A stretch of DNA of 64,000 nucleotides from Zootoca vivipara (lineage: Eukaryota): contig NC_083288.1 of the NCBI RefSeq assembly GCF_963506605.1, positions 29,822,001-29,886,000 of the forward strand, written 5' to 3'. This document shows positions 23,611-36,940 of this stretch, piece after piece; the stretch's first letter is position 1; each line of letters opens with the position of its first letter. The notes beneath the pieces were generated by a model. It saw nothing but the letters and a program-made list of their open reading frames with translations. It made no database searches and was not told the DNA's origin. The translations under genes and the position numbers were made by a program.

Positions 23611-25983
23611 ACACATCCGCATTAGGACTTTAGAGAAACAATACTGCATTTTTGTTAGTTGCAGGTAGGTAGTCGTTTTGGTATTCCGTAGTCGGAAAAA
23701 AATAATTCTTCCAGTAGCACCTTAGAGACCAACTAAGTTTGACATTGGTATGACCAATGACAAACTTAGTTGGTCTCTAAGGTGCTACCTGAAGGATTTT
23801 TTTTATTTTATTTTGCATTTTGGTTAATTTTGCTAATTTGATTAGGAAAGTCTGTATGTTTTGGTTATCATGAGAATAACAGAACTGTGAAGAGAACTAA
23901 TCATTACACTACAGCTTTATCAGCTATACCCAGCTTCATGAAATTCTTCTGGCATGGATAGCTCTAACTATCAATGTTAATAATGAGTGTAATGAGCCTA
24001 GGCAGCCAGCTTGATAACATAGTACGCCAGAGTAATTAACTTGAAGATTTATTGGAGACAAAGCCATTAGCCTCAGAGCGCTCTTGCCTATCGTCCATTA
24101 GTACACTCAAGTTGACCCTTCTGAGGAATGCTTCCAGTGTCTGCAGAATATATTGAACCTATGAGCTTTGCATTTCTTGGTTTGTTTTCTGTCTAAAACC
24201 CTTCCCATTTGTCAGATTCTTGGGCTCACTGTGTCAACCAACTCCTCTTCTGGTGAAGAAAAGCTCTCTCTTGCTTTTGTGCCTGCCTGAGAGCTTTGGC
24301 TTTGTTCCAGCCTGCTTCCAGCTACTGTCTTATCTGCATTCCTTTTTTCCCATGTCAACAAGAGGAGGGGGAGTTGCCGTCTCTCCTCTGCCTGAGAGAA
24401 ATCCAAGCTTCTCTGCTGTTGGCTGCTTTCAAACTCTGACTGCAAATCCTGGCTTTGGGCAGGCATGATCATGACACCACCCCCTCCCCTATGATCCCCC
24501 CTCTTCTCCTCCTCCTCCTCTTCCTGTCCTCCCTCTCTCCGACGTTCGCTGTCTAGGCCTTCCCACCAGTCATCCTCACTCTCTTCCACATCATCTTCCC
24601 CTTGCAGGTTCCCCTCTATTCCCACTCTGCCTCACTCTCTTCGTCTTCTTCCTGTTGGGAGATTCATTCCCCGTGTGCAGTCATAGGTTTATTGTGTATC
24701 ATATGACTGTATGTGTTTTCATTCCACAGAGTGGAAGTGACGTAGACAGGATGTTTGTCTTACGTGTTCTTGGAGTGGAACTATTGTTCCTTTGTTCATT
24801 CTCTTTACTGCCTGTGATGCTAGGGAGAGGGAGCCATAATGAAGAGCTCCAAATCTGTTTATATGTAAATAAACTAGCTTAGCCCAAATGCTGTGCTACT
24901 GAGTCTGTCACGCTACTGCGCAAACCTCTGCGGATCACTAAAGTGCGGTGGTGCTTCACATCACCAGTCACTGTGATGTTCGGGCTGAAGAACGCTCAAG
25001 AAGTTCGCAAACGATCTCCCAGGAGGGAGGGGACATGCCAGTCGGGTATGTGTGTCTGCCATGGCCTTACTCTCGAGTATTCACCCTCCTGGACATGTTG
25101 ACACTTCCATCACCTCATACTCCTCCCTCCCTCCCTCCTCTTGGTTTGGGTTTGTTTGGGTACCTGTGGCTGAATTCTACCTGTAACCCAGGGTTACACA
25201 TTCCCAGAATCCTCCCAAGAATTTCCCTCATTTCCATAACCTTTCCAAGCTATAAAATACTGCAATCTCCACCCCCTCCATTGAGAGTCCAACAACTGTG
25301 ACACTTCAATTCTGGTTCACCTTCCATTATTATTGGGTGTGTATGTGCGTGTGTGTGTGTGTGTGACGTTTTTACGCTGTTTGGTATAGCCTTATGAACC
25401 TGACCCATCAAGGGTTAACTCAGACTCAGTGTCGACTGAATGTTGAAATCCATCCAGGATGCAGTTGCTGAACGTACATGTTGAAATCCATCCAGGATGC
25501 AGCCACTGGACTATTTCTCTGTTTGAGGCTCATTATCTTCTGAGCAAGAGCCTCTTCTTGCATGCTGTCCATCATTTTTACGAAGGCGTTTAAATTGGCA
25601 AGAGTCCTGTCATTGTTTAATATTATCGGGGTCACCCAATGCCTTCTCAAAGGCTTTTTGGAACACAATGAAATTGAGGGGGGGGGGATTAAAGTGACTT
25701 TTGCCAGGAGACGAGAATCCTCCCTCCTGGGGATACTAGACAGTGAAATTCCAAAGTATCCCTCAATGATATTTATATATGTGACTACAGCAGCAGAAAT
25801 GGAATGAAGGAAGAATGGTTGATGATAATCTTGGAAGAAGCAGAGATGGCAGAATTGATGGCACTGATAAAAGATGCAGATTTAGAATCCTTTAAAGAAG
25901 ACTGGAACCATTTCTGGTCTATATAAAAAATTATTTCCCTTATGTGAAGACCACAGCAGGGCTTGAAGTGTAAGAAAAGAGCA

Positions 25984-26042
<59 letters not shown>

Positions 26043-26211
26043 GTTAGGGAGGATGAAATTACATAAGACGGAACCTTAAAATGCAATTGTATGCAATCTG
26101 AGTTAAAATATCGATGTTGGGTGAGTGGGAAGTCATTAGTTCTGTTGAATTAGAACATAATTGTTGAGTAACAAATGTAACTTTTAATATGGAAAAACAA
26201 ACAAAATACTA

Positions 26212-26397
26212 CAGTGGTACCTCTAGTTAAGAACTTAATTCGTTCAGGAGGTCCATTCCTAACATGAAACTGTTCTTAAACTGAGGTACAACTTTAGGTA
26301 GGGGGGCCTCCTGCTGCTGCCGCGTCACTGGCGCACAATTTCTGTTCTCATCCTGAAATTAAGTTCTTAACCCAAGGTACTACTTCTGGGTTAGCAG
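26212..26397. mobile_element. Tc1/mariner MITE copy, right end deleted
   Basis: Matches 7013 onward; right TIR missing. Confidence 0.8.
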
Positions 26398-27256
26398 GGC
26401 TTGAATTGTAAGAAAGCAGCAGCATACATCAAGAAACATATTAGAAAGGATGAAATTAGATAAGGCCAAACATTAAAATGCAATTGTATGTAATCTGAGT
26501 TATAAACATCCATGTTGGTGGAGCAGGAAGTCACTACTTTTGTTGAATTAGAATATAATTGATGAGTGAGAAATATAACTTTTGATATGGAAAAAAGAAC
26601 AAGAAGACTGTTGCCTTCCATTGCAATGGACAAGAAAGATGTTATATCAAGAGCTATACATAGGTCACCCGGGGCTGATTCTTCTATCATAGGTGCAAGC
26701 AGGACAAAAACTCTGAACCATTAACTTGAGCCAGGTAAAAGTCCGGTAAAACACATACCCTCCAACATTCCTCTTTGCTTTACTTTTCCATGGAAAATTC
26801 ATTAATTCACCTTATTACAGTCATTATGCCATACGTGAAATACAATAAAATTCAGATTAACCAATCAACAACTACATAAATAATATACCACCCTAATCCA
26901 CAGATCACAGTGCAGTTTACAACATGAAAACACAAAAATACATAATAGAGTATCGGGCAAAAACAATAAAAAGGTCCACTTTTAAAGCCATAGATGGTTT
27001 CATTAGCCAAAGGCCTGGACAGCATAGCACAGAGTCACGAATAATGGGAGCCAGAGACCAGAGCATGTGGAGGGCCGCAGGACAAAGAAGGATTTTGTAA
27101 ACACTACACCAAGTCTCACAATTTGCAATATAAGCAATGTACCCCTTCTAGATAAATTGAGAGAACAAAGCTTAATCTATTTAGCTGCTTCAAAGTTTCC
27201 TCATAGAATTTCCAGTTTCCTATCATTAGTGTTATACTCTATACAGATATTTTTCT

Positions 27257-28231
27257 TCACAAAATAAGACTGGAAAAGGTTTTCATCGAGGAGTGACTCA
27301 AACCCAATAGCTTTGACAGAGCATTTTTAATCTCCCTATTTCTCATGCTATAGATTACTGGATTCATCAAGGGTGGAACCATGGAATACATCACTGTAAA
27401 TGCTAAATCTAGATTTGGTGAGGTATTAGAAGTAGGCTTGAAGTACGCAAAGTATCCAGTGAATACAAATAGGGCATAAACTATGAGATGGGGAAGGCAA
27501 GTTGAGAAAGCCTTTTGCCTTCCTTCAGTAGAGGGGATTTTCAGCACAGCAGTGAAAATGTACACATAGGTTATCATGATGAAGATAAAACAGCCAATCC
27601 CAATGACACCGCTTAACACAAGAACTCCTATTTCCATTAGATACAAATCAGTGCAGGCCAGCTTAAGTAACTGCGGGATTTCACAAAAAAATTGATTGAC
27701 TACATTGGAACAAAAGGGGGATGCAAAGGTACCTCCGGTGTGTAACACTCCATAGACAAAGCTGCTGATCCATACACTGCTAATCATTTGAATGTAGGCC
27801 TGCCTATTCATCAGCATCCCATACTGTAATGGTTTGCAAATGGCAACATACCGATCATATGCCATGACTGTGAGAAGAAAAAAATCAGATGCCATAAATG
27901 ACATAAACAAGAGTACTTGTGCCACACACCCAGAGTAGGAAATGTACCTGGTGTTCATGAGGGAATTGAGCATGGATTTGGGATTAATGACTGAAACTTG
28001 TCCCAGGTCCTGCATGGCCAAGTTCATCAGGAAGAAGTACATAGGTGTGTGTAGGTGGTGGTCAAAGGCTACTGCAGAGATGATGAGAAGATTCCCTGTT
28101 ACAGTTGCCAAGTACAATGCCAGGAATATAATGGAATGTAGAATTTGTAGTTCCCGAATGTCTGAGAATTCTAGGAGGAGGAATTCTGAGAAAGATGATT
28201 GATTATCCATGCTCTGCTTCTTCACATTCAT
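27257..28231 (-). CDS. Olfactory receptor, family 14-like (B-type copy 2, A-like tail)
   Basis: Intact 324-aa ORF with all OR motifs. Confidence 0.96.
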   Translation of the reverse strand: MNVKKQSMDNQSSFSEFLLLEFSDIRELQILHSIIFLALYLATVTGNLLIISAVAFDHHLHTPMYFFLMNLAMQDLGQVSVINPKSMLNSLMNTRYISYSGCVAQVLLFMSFMASDFFLLTVMAYDRYVAICKPLQYGMLMNRQAYIQMISSVWISSFVYGVLHTGGTFASPFCSNVVNQFFCEIPQLLKLACTDLYLMEIGVLVLSGVIGIGCFIFIMITYVYIFTAVLKIPSTEGRQKAFSTCLPHLIVYALFVFTGYFAYFKPTSNTSPNLDLAFTVMYSMVPPLMNPVIYSMRNREIKNALSKLLGLSHSSMKTFSSLIL

Positions 28232-29300
28232 GTTGCTGTGGAAGGAAGCAGAAATAATGCTGTCGAGACAGTTACCCTTTTCGTTTAAGTTTTTGTTGCT
28301 GCTGCTGATGTTAAGTTATTGTAGCAGGCAGCAACGTCCTAAAGAAGTTATAATTATGGGGGGGGGGGCAATGAGCCCCAAAATGATGATGATGACTGTG
28401 AATACTAGTGCTATTATTATTATTAGCAATGCAATTATGTTTGTAAGGTCATTATTGTTTGTTCATATCGCTGATCCACTATTTCCCTTAAGAGTTTGAC
28501 TATTTAAAGGAGTTAGATGCCAAATATCCCACTTTCTGCTGATTGAATCTTTTGAAAGTGGATCAGATTCACATACACAATAATGTTGTCCAAGACCAGT
28601 CAATGCTAGCCAGATATTCTGCCCCCCCCCCCAAATATAATGCCATAGCTCAATTGTAGAAGGCAAAAGGCCATTTCATTATTTATTAGAAACCATGATG
28701 ACAGTGTGAATCTGACATTAGCTAACTAATCACAGTCAATAGTCACCATCTTTAACATCGTGCTAATTACCAAAGAGGGCTTTTAATATTTCTCTGTTTC
28801 TCTTGATTTCTCATCAGGGAAAGATGCTTGGTAAAACTACAGTAAGCTTCTGATTTAATGCGAAAGCTCCCAGCTTAGGGAAAGAGCACATGTTTCCTCA
28901 GATCAGGGTCTGGTATCTCCAAGGAGGACTAAGAAAGATCACTGCCACACAACCTGTGGAGCTGCTGCCAATCAGGGTAGCCCACCTTTCCCCAACCTAG
29001 TGCCCTCCAGATATTTTGGAGTAGAACTTCCTAAGCACTGTCATGGCTGCCTGGATCAAAGGAATCGTAGTCCAAACCCTTAGGAGGGCAGCAGGTTGAG
29101 GGAGGCTGATGCGGATGAAAACACAGGGAGCCAGTTTATACTGGGTCAAAACCAGTGGTCCATCTACCTCAGTTTCGACTACAATGAATGGCAATGGCTT
29201 GCCAGTTACCAGATATTATTCCCCCCACCCAGCCACTCTATCTGAAGATGCCTGGGATCTTCAGCATACAACAAGGGTCCTCCACCACCAAGCTGCTGAC

Positions 29301-29390
29301 CATAGCTGCCAAGTTTTCCCTTCTCTCGCGAGGAAGCCTATTCAGCATAAGGGAAAATCCCTTTAAAAAAGGGATAACTTGGCAGCTATG
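29301..29390. mobile_element. 90-bp hAT MITE
   Basis: 15-bp TIR CATAGCTGCCAAGTT, 8-bp TSD CTGCTGAC; empty sites at ~11046, ~41617, ~51793. Confidence 0.9.
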
Positions 29391-30257
29391 CTGCTGACCT
29401 TCCCCACTGGCAGTGCTGAGGTAGAAGTATCAATGGTCTGACGTAACATGTGACAATGGTTGCCTCCTTTCCACTGGATGGAAGATTTTGAAAGAATGGG
29501 AAAGATATTTGTGTCCAACCAATGGCTGCAGATGAACAGTGGTAGAAATATGAAGGGCAATTTGGACAGAGGGAAGTTTGATCTTGTAACCAGCCCAACG
29601 AAAAAATAAAATGTGACAGTTACAAATCAAAAGTAAGAGGGAGAAGATATCATAGTAAAATAAACATCATATAATCATCAGCTAGGTGGAAATGAAAATA
29701 AAGTCCTAAAGACAAAGAGCAATTTAGGCTTTGCAGAGTATAATTTGAAGCTGCACCACAATTGCCACAAAATTATCCAGACAGTCACAGTATTTTTTCA
29801 CTTAACATTTGCCCAGGATATACAAAACCTTTCCCTATTTGACAGGGTTCAACATCACCAGGGTTTTAAGAAATAAAAAAATAAAAACTCCTGTTTTTTT
29901 AAAACTCCTCAGATATTTTCCCAGATGAGAAATATGTATATTCAATGTAAATGTGAATTTACATTCTATTTCAGTGACTAGTCCTATCGCCAACTGTATA
30001 CCTCTGAGTTAGAAATCTACAGGAGATTCATTCAATTTATGTTGCAATTCACTTCCTAGTTATGAAAACATCTGAAAATATCCGGAAAATAGATTCTATA
30101 CATGTTGATGTACCTTGTATTATGCCAGATTCATGAACAGAGGTAGAGAGTTCCAGGAGAGAGTGACTATTGGTGCAGGAGACAATATGACAGATAGAGA
30201 TGGCGAAGGGAGGGTGACCGGTTCATTTCTTTCATTCAGAAAATCCAAAGAAAGTAT

Positions 30258-30525
30258 CTTACTATTTTTCTTCATATTCTTTTACTTCTACAGTGCCATT
30301 GAATGATTAGATGCCACTCCAGCCAAACATGCAATTTTATAAGATTCCACTTGCATTGGTATCTATTTTAGGACAATAAACATTTATCAACATGGGGAAG
30401 AAATTGATTAATATATCTTCTGTCTTCCTAGAGATTTGTTCTCATGGGAATTCAACACATCTCAGCATTAGGGTTGTACAGAAACAATGATATATTTTGG
30501 TCAGTTTTGCTAATTTGATTAGGAA
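30258..30525 (-). promoter_or_regulatory. Putative OR promoter and first exon (B2)
   Basis: GTAAG donor 30258-30262, TATAAAA 30335-30341, O/E TCCCATGAGA 30440-30449, TAAT palindrome. Confidence 0.65.
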
Positions 30526-30989
30526 AGCCTGTTTGTTTAGAGTATCAGGTGAATAACGAGACTAATAGGGGAACTAATTATTCCACTACAGTTTTAGCAA
30601 ATGTACTCATTTGCATGCAATTCTTCTGGCATGGAAAGCTCTAATTGCCAGTGTTAATGATGAGCAACACCACATTAAAGCCTTGTGTCTTAGGGCAAGG
30701 TGGTGAAAAAAATCATACAGTTCAAGCTGGAGTTAACTCTTTATTAGTGAGACAGATCTGAGTTTCATGCCTAATGACCACAGCAGTTCATGACTGACTC
30801 CATGAAATCAGTAGTTCTGACTCCATGAAATCAGTAGTTCTGACTCCATGAAATCAGAGACTGCACCTGTATGTAGCCTGCCTTTGCTCCTCCTCTCCTG
30901 GTTCTGGGAGTAAGTGAGGAGGGGATCCTGCTGTCAAGATGATGTCAGTCATGCACGCCACACAATGTGCTGACATCAGTTGTGAGTGC

Positions 30990-31415
30990 CCGTTTGCTTA
31001 TTCATCAGCATCTCATATGGTAATGGTTTGTAAATGGCAACATACCAATCATATGTCAAGGCTGTGAGAAGAATGAAATCAGGTATTGAAAAGGTGAGAC
31101 AGAAGAGGACTTGAGAAACACACTCAGAGTAAAAGGAATAAATAAATGTGCCTGGTGTTTATTAGGGAATTGGTCATAGATTTGGGGATACTGGCTGAAA
31201 CTTGGCCCAGTGAAACTTAGCCACTGCATGGAGGTGGTGATCAAAGGCTGCTGCCTAGATGTTGAGAAGATTTCCCACAACTGCTGCCAGGTAAAACACA
31301 AGGAATAGAAAAATATATAGAAGCTTTAACTCCCAGACCCCAGAAAATTCCATGAGAATAAATTCTGACAGAGAGGATTAACTATGCTGTGCTCCTTCAT
31401 ATCCCTATTGCCCAT
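30990..31415 (-). pseudogene. OR pseudogene P1, copy 2
   Basis: Near-identical to 12522-12974 with an extra internal deletion. Confidence 0.85.
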
Positions 31416-31575
31416 GGATACAAGCAGTAGGGCATGTTCAGAAATCTAAGTTATTTTAGGAAAAGAAAATAAGAGGAGGAGGAAGAGGAGGAGGAGGAGG
31501 AAAGAAGTGGAAGGAGGACTCTGAATATTTTCACTACTGATAAGCAATTCTTGCAAACTCGTGTGAATGGTGCTG

Positions 31576-32132
31576 AACAACTCCAATTTCAATGAGGTAC
31601 AAATTGATTGACCACATTGGAGCAAAATTTAGGTGCAAATTTACCTCTGGTGTGTAACACTCCATAGAGAAAGCTGATGATCCATACAATAACAATCATT
31701 TGGATGCAGGCGTGCTTGTTCACCAGCATCTCATAATGTAATGCTTTGCAAATGGCAATGTACCTATCATGCGCCATGACTGTGAGAAGAGAGAAATCTG
31801 ATGCTATAAAGAAGACATACAAGAGGACTTGAGCAGGACACCCTGAGTAAGAAATATGTCCATTACTCATGAGGGAAATTGCCATGGATTTGGGGATGAT
31901 GACTGAAACTGAGCCAATGTCCTGTATAGCCAAGTTCATCAGAAAGAAGTACATAGGAGTGTGCAGGTGGTGGTCAAAGGCTACTGCATAGATTTCCTGT
32001 AATTGTAGCAAGATAAAAAGCAAGGAATCCAAAGAAGTGTAGAATCTGCAGCTCCTGAATCTGTGAGAATTCCAGCAGATAAAACTCTGATGAAGCAGAT
32101 TGATTAATTATTCTTTCCTCCTTGACATCCAT
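31576..32132 (-). pseudogene. OR pseudogene P2, copy 2
   Basis: FDHHLHTPMYFFLMNLAIQDIG...MAHDRYIAIC; frameshift in TM1; deletion of the FCEIPHLLKMAC segment. Confidence 0.9.
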
Positions 32133-32177
32133 GCTGCCTCTGGAAGGTAACAGAAGAGCAGGTGTTTAAAATGATAG

Positions 32178-32216
<39 letters not shown>

Positions 32217-32513
32217 CTTTGTTATATCTAAATTCTTTTAGAATAAGGTAATGTTCTGAGGAAGAAAAGCTCATGTTGATGACTGTGAATATGTGTAATG
32301 TATTATTAGAAATGGTGCTTACAAACTCATTGTAGTAGTTTGATGTGACTAAGGCACAATGGCATTTAACAGTCTGAAGGTTTCATAATCAGCTGCCAAA
32401 TATCCCACCTTCCAGTGACTGAGTCCCTGAGTGTGTAAACTTGAATCACATTTCACACACCTAAGAATGTTGTCCGCATTTAGAGGGCTCGGAAGGGGCA
32501 GGTGGAAGGAGGA

Positions 32514-32585
32514 TTCTGAGAATTCTAGGAGGAGAAATTCTGAGATAGATGATTTGTTATGCATGCTCTGCTTCTTCACATTCAT
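32514..32585 (-). pseudogene. OR N-terminal fragment P3, copy 2
   Basis: MNVKKQSMHNKSSISEFLLLEFSE. Confidence 0.8.
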
Positions 32586-32742
32586 TTTGCTAATGAGCAA
32601 CAGCACTCATTGGTAAAGAGTGCCTCTTAAACCCAGCACCTGTGGGATAAGTAAAGAGTGCCTCTGAAACCCAGCACCTGTGGGATAAGTAGTAACTGTA
32701 TGCCTGAATGTTCCTGATGCTTTTGCACTGTACCCAGACGGA

Positions 32743-33467
32743 TTTTTTTTCTTTTTTTAAAATAATATTTTTATTGATTTTAACTTTTAACAACATAGAA
32801 AAAGACAAAATAAAAGAAAAACAGTAAAAGAGTTTTAAAAAAAACAAATAACAAATGAATCAAATATATTGGCTCGTTTGAGCGTACTTAACAATAAAGC
32901 CTCATTTACATAACAATTAAATTGCCCACTTGCCAATTCTGAAATTCCTTCGACTTCCTCCATCCCTCCCTTCCATGTTTCTATTTTTATTACTTATTTA
33001 GCACTTCTAAATATTTATACCATTCTTTCTTAAAATACACATTATAAATCATTATTCTATTTCCCTTTACATCTCTAAATTCCTTTACTTCATCATGACT
33101 TCTAAATCTGGAAAACTAGAAAACATAAAAACTATTTTTCATATTATCTTAAATCCTTCTCCTCAAATCTAAATTGCTTCTACCGCCTCCTTTTACTTCC
33201 ACGCCCTTTAATAATTATTTTTAATTTTATAGTTCTTCTCCAAATAAATTTTAAACTTCTTCCAATCTTCTTCCACCGACTCCTCACTCCAATCCCGGAT
33301 TCTCCCAGTCAGTTCAGACAGTTCCATGAATTCTATCAGCTTCATCTGCCAATTGTCAATCGTAGGAATACCTTCTGATTTCCAATTCCCTGCTAACACA
33401 ATTCTAGCTGCTGTTGTGGCATACAGAAAAAAGGTAATATCTTTCTTGGGCAATTCTTTTATTTTTA
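32743..33467 (-). mobile_element. L1 3' fragment (reverse orientation)
   Basis: LYATTAARIVLAGNWKSEGIPT...WKKFKIYL; T-rich tail at ~32743. Confidence 0.85.
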
Positions 33468-34581
33468 GTCCACCCTGAGGATTTTTGGCTCTTGGGATTT
33501 AAATTCAATAACAGTTGGTACTTTGATAAGGCAATGGCTATGGGTTGTTCAGTGGCCTGTGCGGCCTTCGAGGCTTTCAGCACATTCATTGAGTGGGCCA
33601 TGAAAACAACATCTGGTTTCCCCTTACGTGACTCATTACTTAGATGACCTTTTGATAATGGGGGCCCCTGATACTCCCTCCTGCGCTCTAGCTTTAGCCA
33701 GTTTCATGCGCCTGGCGGCAGACTTTGGTATACCATTGGCCACCAATAAGACGGAGGGTCCTTCTACGGTTCTCACCTACTTGGGTATTGAACTTGACAC
33801 ACAGCAGCAGTCATCATGTCTCCCCCAGGCCAAACTTGATTCCTTGAAAGTGCTATTGGAATCAATGTTGCGGGTCAGGAAGATGACCCTTCGCCAGGTC
33901 CAGTCGCTAATGGGCCATCTCAATTTCGCGTGTAGGGTGGTTGCGCCAGGCCAGGCCTTTTGTGCTCGCCTGGCATGTCTGACAGCCGGGGGGGTAGCCC
34001 CCCACCATCACATAAGGGTGACAAAGCAGATAAAGGAGGATATTAAGATTGGGCTCACATTCCTGCAGGATTCTAATGGGGTCTCATTCTGGCAAGAAGT
34101 CGTCAACCCAGGGGTGGAACTCCAGGTCCATTCGGATGCCTCCGGCCGCCATGGCTTCGGTGTGTTCTTCAGGGGCCGCTGGTGTGCGCACCCGTGGCCG
34201 CCCGCCTGGCATACAGCAGGCATCACTTGCGATCTAACATTTCTTGAGTTCTTCCCTGTTCTAGTTGCCATACGCCTCTGGGGAACCCTTTTTGCAAATT
34301 CTAGGGTATGTTTCTGGTCTGACAATCATGCGGTGGTAAGAATCATATCCCAGCAGTCCCCTAAGTCTGCCCGGGCTATCAGGGTGCTGCACCTATTTGT
34401 GCTTGAGTGCCTGAGGCACAATATTTCCTTCACGGCCTGCTTCATACCTGGTCTCAATAACAACATTGCTGATGCATTATCTCGTTTCCAGATGGAGCGT
34501 TTCCGCGAGCTGGCACCAGATGCAGCCCAGACCCCGGACGCCTTTCCAGACGAGCTGTGGGAGATTGGAAGCACAAAGTGA
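33468..34581 (+). pseudogene. Ngaro/DIRS reverse transcriptase-RNase H
   Basis: HPEDFWLLGFKF...YFDKAMAMGCS (frameshift ~33620), HYLDD, YLGIELD, RNase H SDAS, LEF, SDN, ADALSR. Confidence 0.9.
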
Positions 34582-35467
34582 ACCAGGGAGTATTGTCAGC
34601 CTTAGCCCCCTCTACTAGACGTTCCTATTCCAGGGCCTGGGACGCCTTTGGGCGTTTTTGGGGCTCCAAAACACGGCACGCAACCAAGGGGGAAGTACTT
34701 CAATTCCTAGTTCTCCTGAAGCACAGGGGCCTGGCCATAAAAACTCTAATGCTTTACAGGGCAGCTATATCCTTCTTTTTCAAATTCCTTCATTGGCTGG
34801 ATCCATGCGACACATTTCACGTCAAGAAGTTGCTGTCGGGCTGGCGTTGCATCATCCCTCCACACCAGGATGGCAGAAAGCCCATTACCATCGACATCCT
34901 GAATTTATTTGGAAAAAATTACCAGAGATTTGCTGGTCAAATTTTAAGACACATCTCTTTCGAGCAGCATTCTCCATGGCCTTCTTTGGGGCTATGTGTA
35001 TTGGAGAGTGTCTGGCAATCGGGGCACGTCAAGCAGGGTTGAGTGATTCAGATGTCAAGTTCTCCAGGGACACTGTCAATGTCAAAATTCGGTCCTCCGA
35101 AGCAGATCAGCTGCGAAAAGGTGTCACGTTGATGCTTGCTCCAACGGGACAAGAGGGTGCCTGCCCCTATAGGGACTCTCGCAGTATTTCCAGGGTCCGG
35201 CCAAAATGCAGGGGGCCTTTCTTCATTCATGCTAACATGCAGCCTTTATCCCAGTTTCAATTTATAGCAGTCTTGTGCAAAGTCCTAGCAGCCTGTGGAG
35301 CAGATCCCCAAGGATACTCTGGACATTCCTTCCGGATCGGGGCCACCACTTCAGCAGCAGTCCAGGGTTGGGACCCAGCCTGCATCAAGACATTAGGGCG
35401 TTGGCGCTCTGCTGCGTACAAGAGCTACATTCGCCCTGGCTCCTCTTCCTTAACGCTTACAATTTAA
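34557..35467 (+). pseudogene. Tyrosine recombinase, frameshifted
   Basis: N-terminal LAPSTRRSYSRAW domain; frameshift ~34900; AFFGAMCIGE, HSFRIGA, LGRWRSAAYKSY. Confidence 0.88.
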
Positions 35468-35479
35468 CTTTTTTTGCAG

Positions 35480-36048
35480 GTTTGCCCTTCACGAAGATCT
35501 GGGTAGTAGGGCACAGCTTCGTACATTGGGCGGCGGAACATGCCCAGCCACAAAAGGGGGTCTTCACCTCAACATTCACCCCAAGGTACGCATTTATTGG
35601 ATGGGTCACCAGAGCATGCGGTGGTCAGGCCTTTAGTAAGGCCACAGCGATGCCTGGCCCCCCGGGAGTACTGGTGGTACACCTGGGGGGAAATGATTTG
35701 GTTGAGTAAAAAGGCATTGCCCTTACCCTTGCGGCTAGGGCAGATATAGAGAAGCTGCACACCTTGTACCCAACAATGGCAATAGGCTGGTCCAATCTAA
35801 TCCCCCGCCTGTGTTGAAGGGGGGTTTCCAATCCTTCTCGCATTAACTACGCGGTGCAAAAAATCAACAGGGCTATGCGCAACACCATGAGGAAAATTGG
35901 GGGATTCTTTATCCCACACCCCACCATTAGGGCGGATGCGGCGGGCATGTTCAGAGCTGATGGGGTGCATCTGACCCCACTTGGGAATGACCTCTAGCTA
36001 AATGACGTGCGGCAGGCCCTCATGGACCGGCTAGACATTAGGTTCTGA
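35480..36048 (+). pseudogene. SGNH/GDSL-like hydrolase of Ngaro element
   Basis: Manual translation across frameshifts/stops: IWVVGHSFVHWA, MRW, VLVVHLGGNDL, WSNLIPR, FRADGVHLTPLGND. Confidence 0.82.
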
Positions 36049-36512
36049 TGTCAGAGTACGGATCATGGTCACTTGGTCGTGGGGCTTGGCGGCGAGGCCC
36101 TTAAGGGCCTCGGGTGGCGGTTTTAGGCCTTGGCAAGGTTTCCTTTTGTCTATCTTCAGTTGGGAGGGATACAATCAGGCTCCCTTCCCATGCGGCGGCG
36201 TTGCAGGGGCCCATTTAAAGGGGCATAATCGGGAGTCCGTGGCCCTGGAGCGGCGGCTCGTAGGTCAAACTCCTGGATGGGCTTAGTGGAAGGGCATGCT
36301 GTGTAAGTTTGCACTTTACAGTCCCCTCTCACTGGCCTCATCAACCTGCATATCCTCAGTCAGAGGGGCTGAGAGGGTTACCTGCCAAGGCCTGGGCCAA
36401 GTTTCCCACTTCCTGAATTCAATAAAGTTGTGGCCAATTTTAATCCATACTCTTGACTCTTGACTCTTTATTGAGGAATGGGGTAGGCACTACAGACAGG
36501 ACTTAGCACGTG

Positions 36513-36940
36513 TGTCACAGTGGCCTGGGTGGGCTACTTCAGAGTAACGACTCCACACAGCTCTGCATTTTATCTTTTTATTGGTGCTGTGTATTTACAG
36601 TGCTAAAGGCAGTGCTATTTACAAAGATACATCTTATCCGCTTTCTTCAGAACCTCCGAATGGAGATTGGCGCGTTCTTCTCCAGCATAAAAGCTTGGGG
36701 AGACCCCGCCTCTTCCCCCGACGTTTCTTGCGCAATTCCGGAGTCGGTGGGATTGGCCTTCCCCCCTTGCTCCCCCCTTCCTGTCCCACCTTGGGCAATG
36801 GCTCTGCTACCTTGCCTGAGCCTCGGACACCACTTCCTGCTTCTCCACTTGAGTCGGAACTCTCCCTGCTTTCCCCAGCGCTCGTAGATGGGCTGGAGCT
36901 CAAGATGGGAGGGACCTCCCGATATCCCTTGTCCCTCACA
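36513..36940 (-). mobile_element. Probable solo LTR (428 bp)
   Basis: TGTCA...TCACA termini, 5-bp TSD ACGTG/GCGTG, minus-strand AATAAA ~65 bp from the end. Confidence 0.6.

Larger units (their letters stand above)
33468..36500 (+). mobile_element. Tyrosine-recombinase retrotransposon (DIRS order, Ngaro-like), 5'-truncated and decayed
   Basis: RT/RNase H, then tyrosine recombinase, then SGNH hydrolase, then a 3' region with AATAAAGTTGTGGCC. Confidence 0.9.

Noticed and set aside
24212-24625. Acidic 137-aa ORF
   Set aside because: Low-complexity purine-rich, LTR-like sequence; frame not preserved in the paralog at ~4.9-5.3 kb
34658-35467. Phage integrase or prophage interpretation of the tyrosine recombinase
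   Set aside because: Linked to DIRS-type RT/RNase H; it belongs to a eukaryotic retrotransposon
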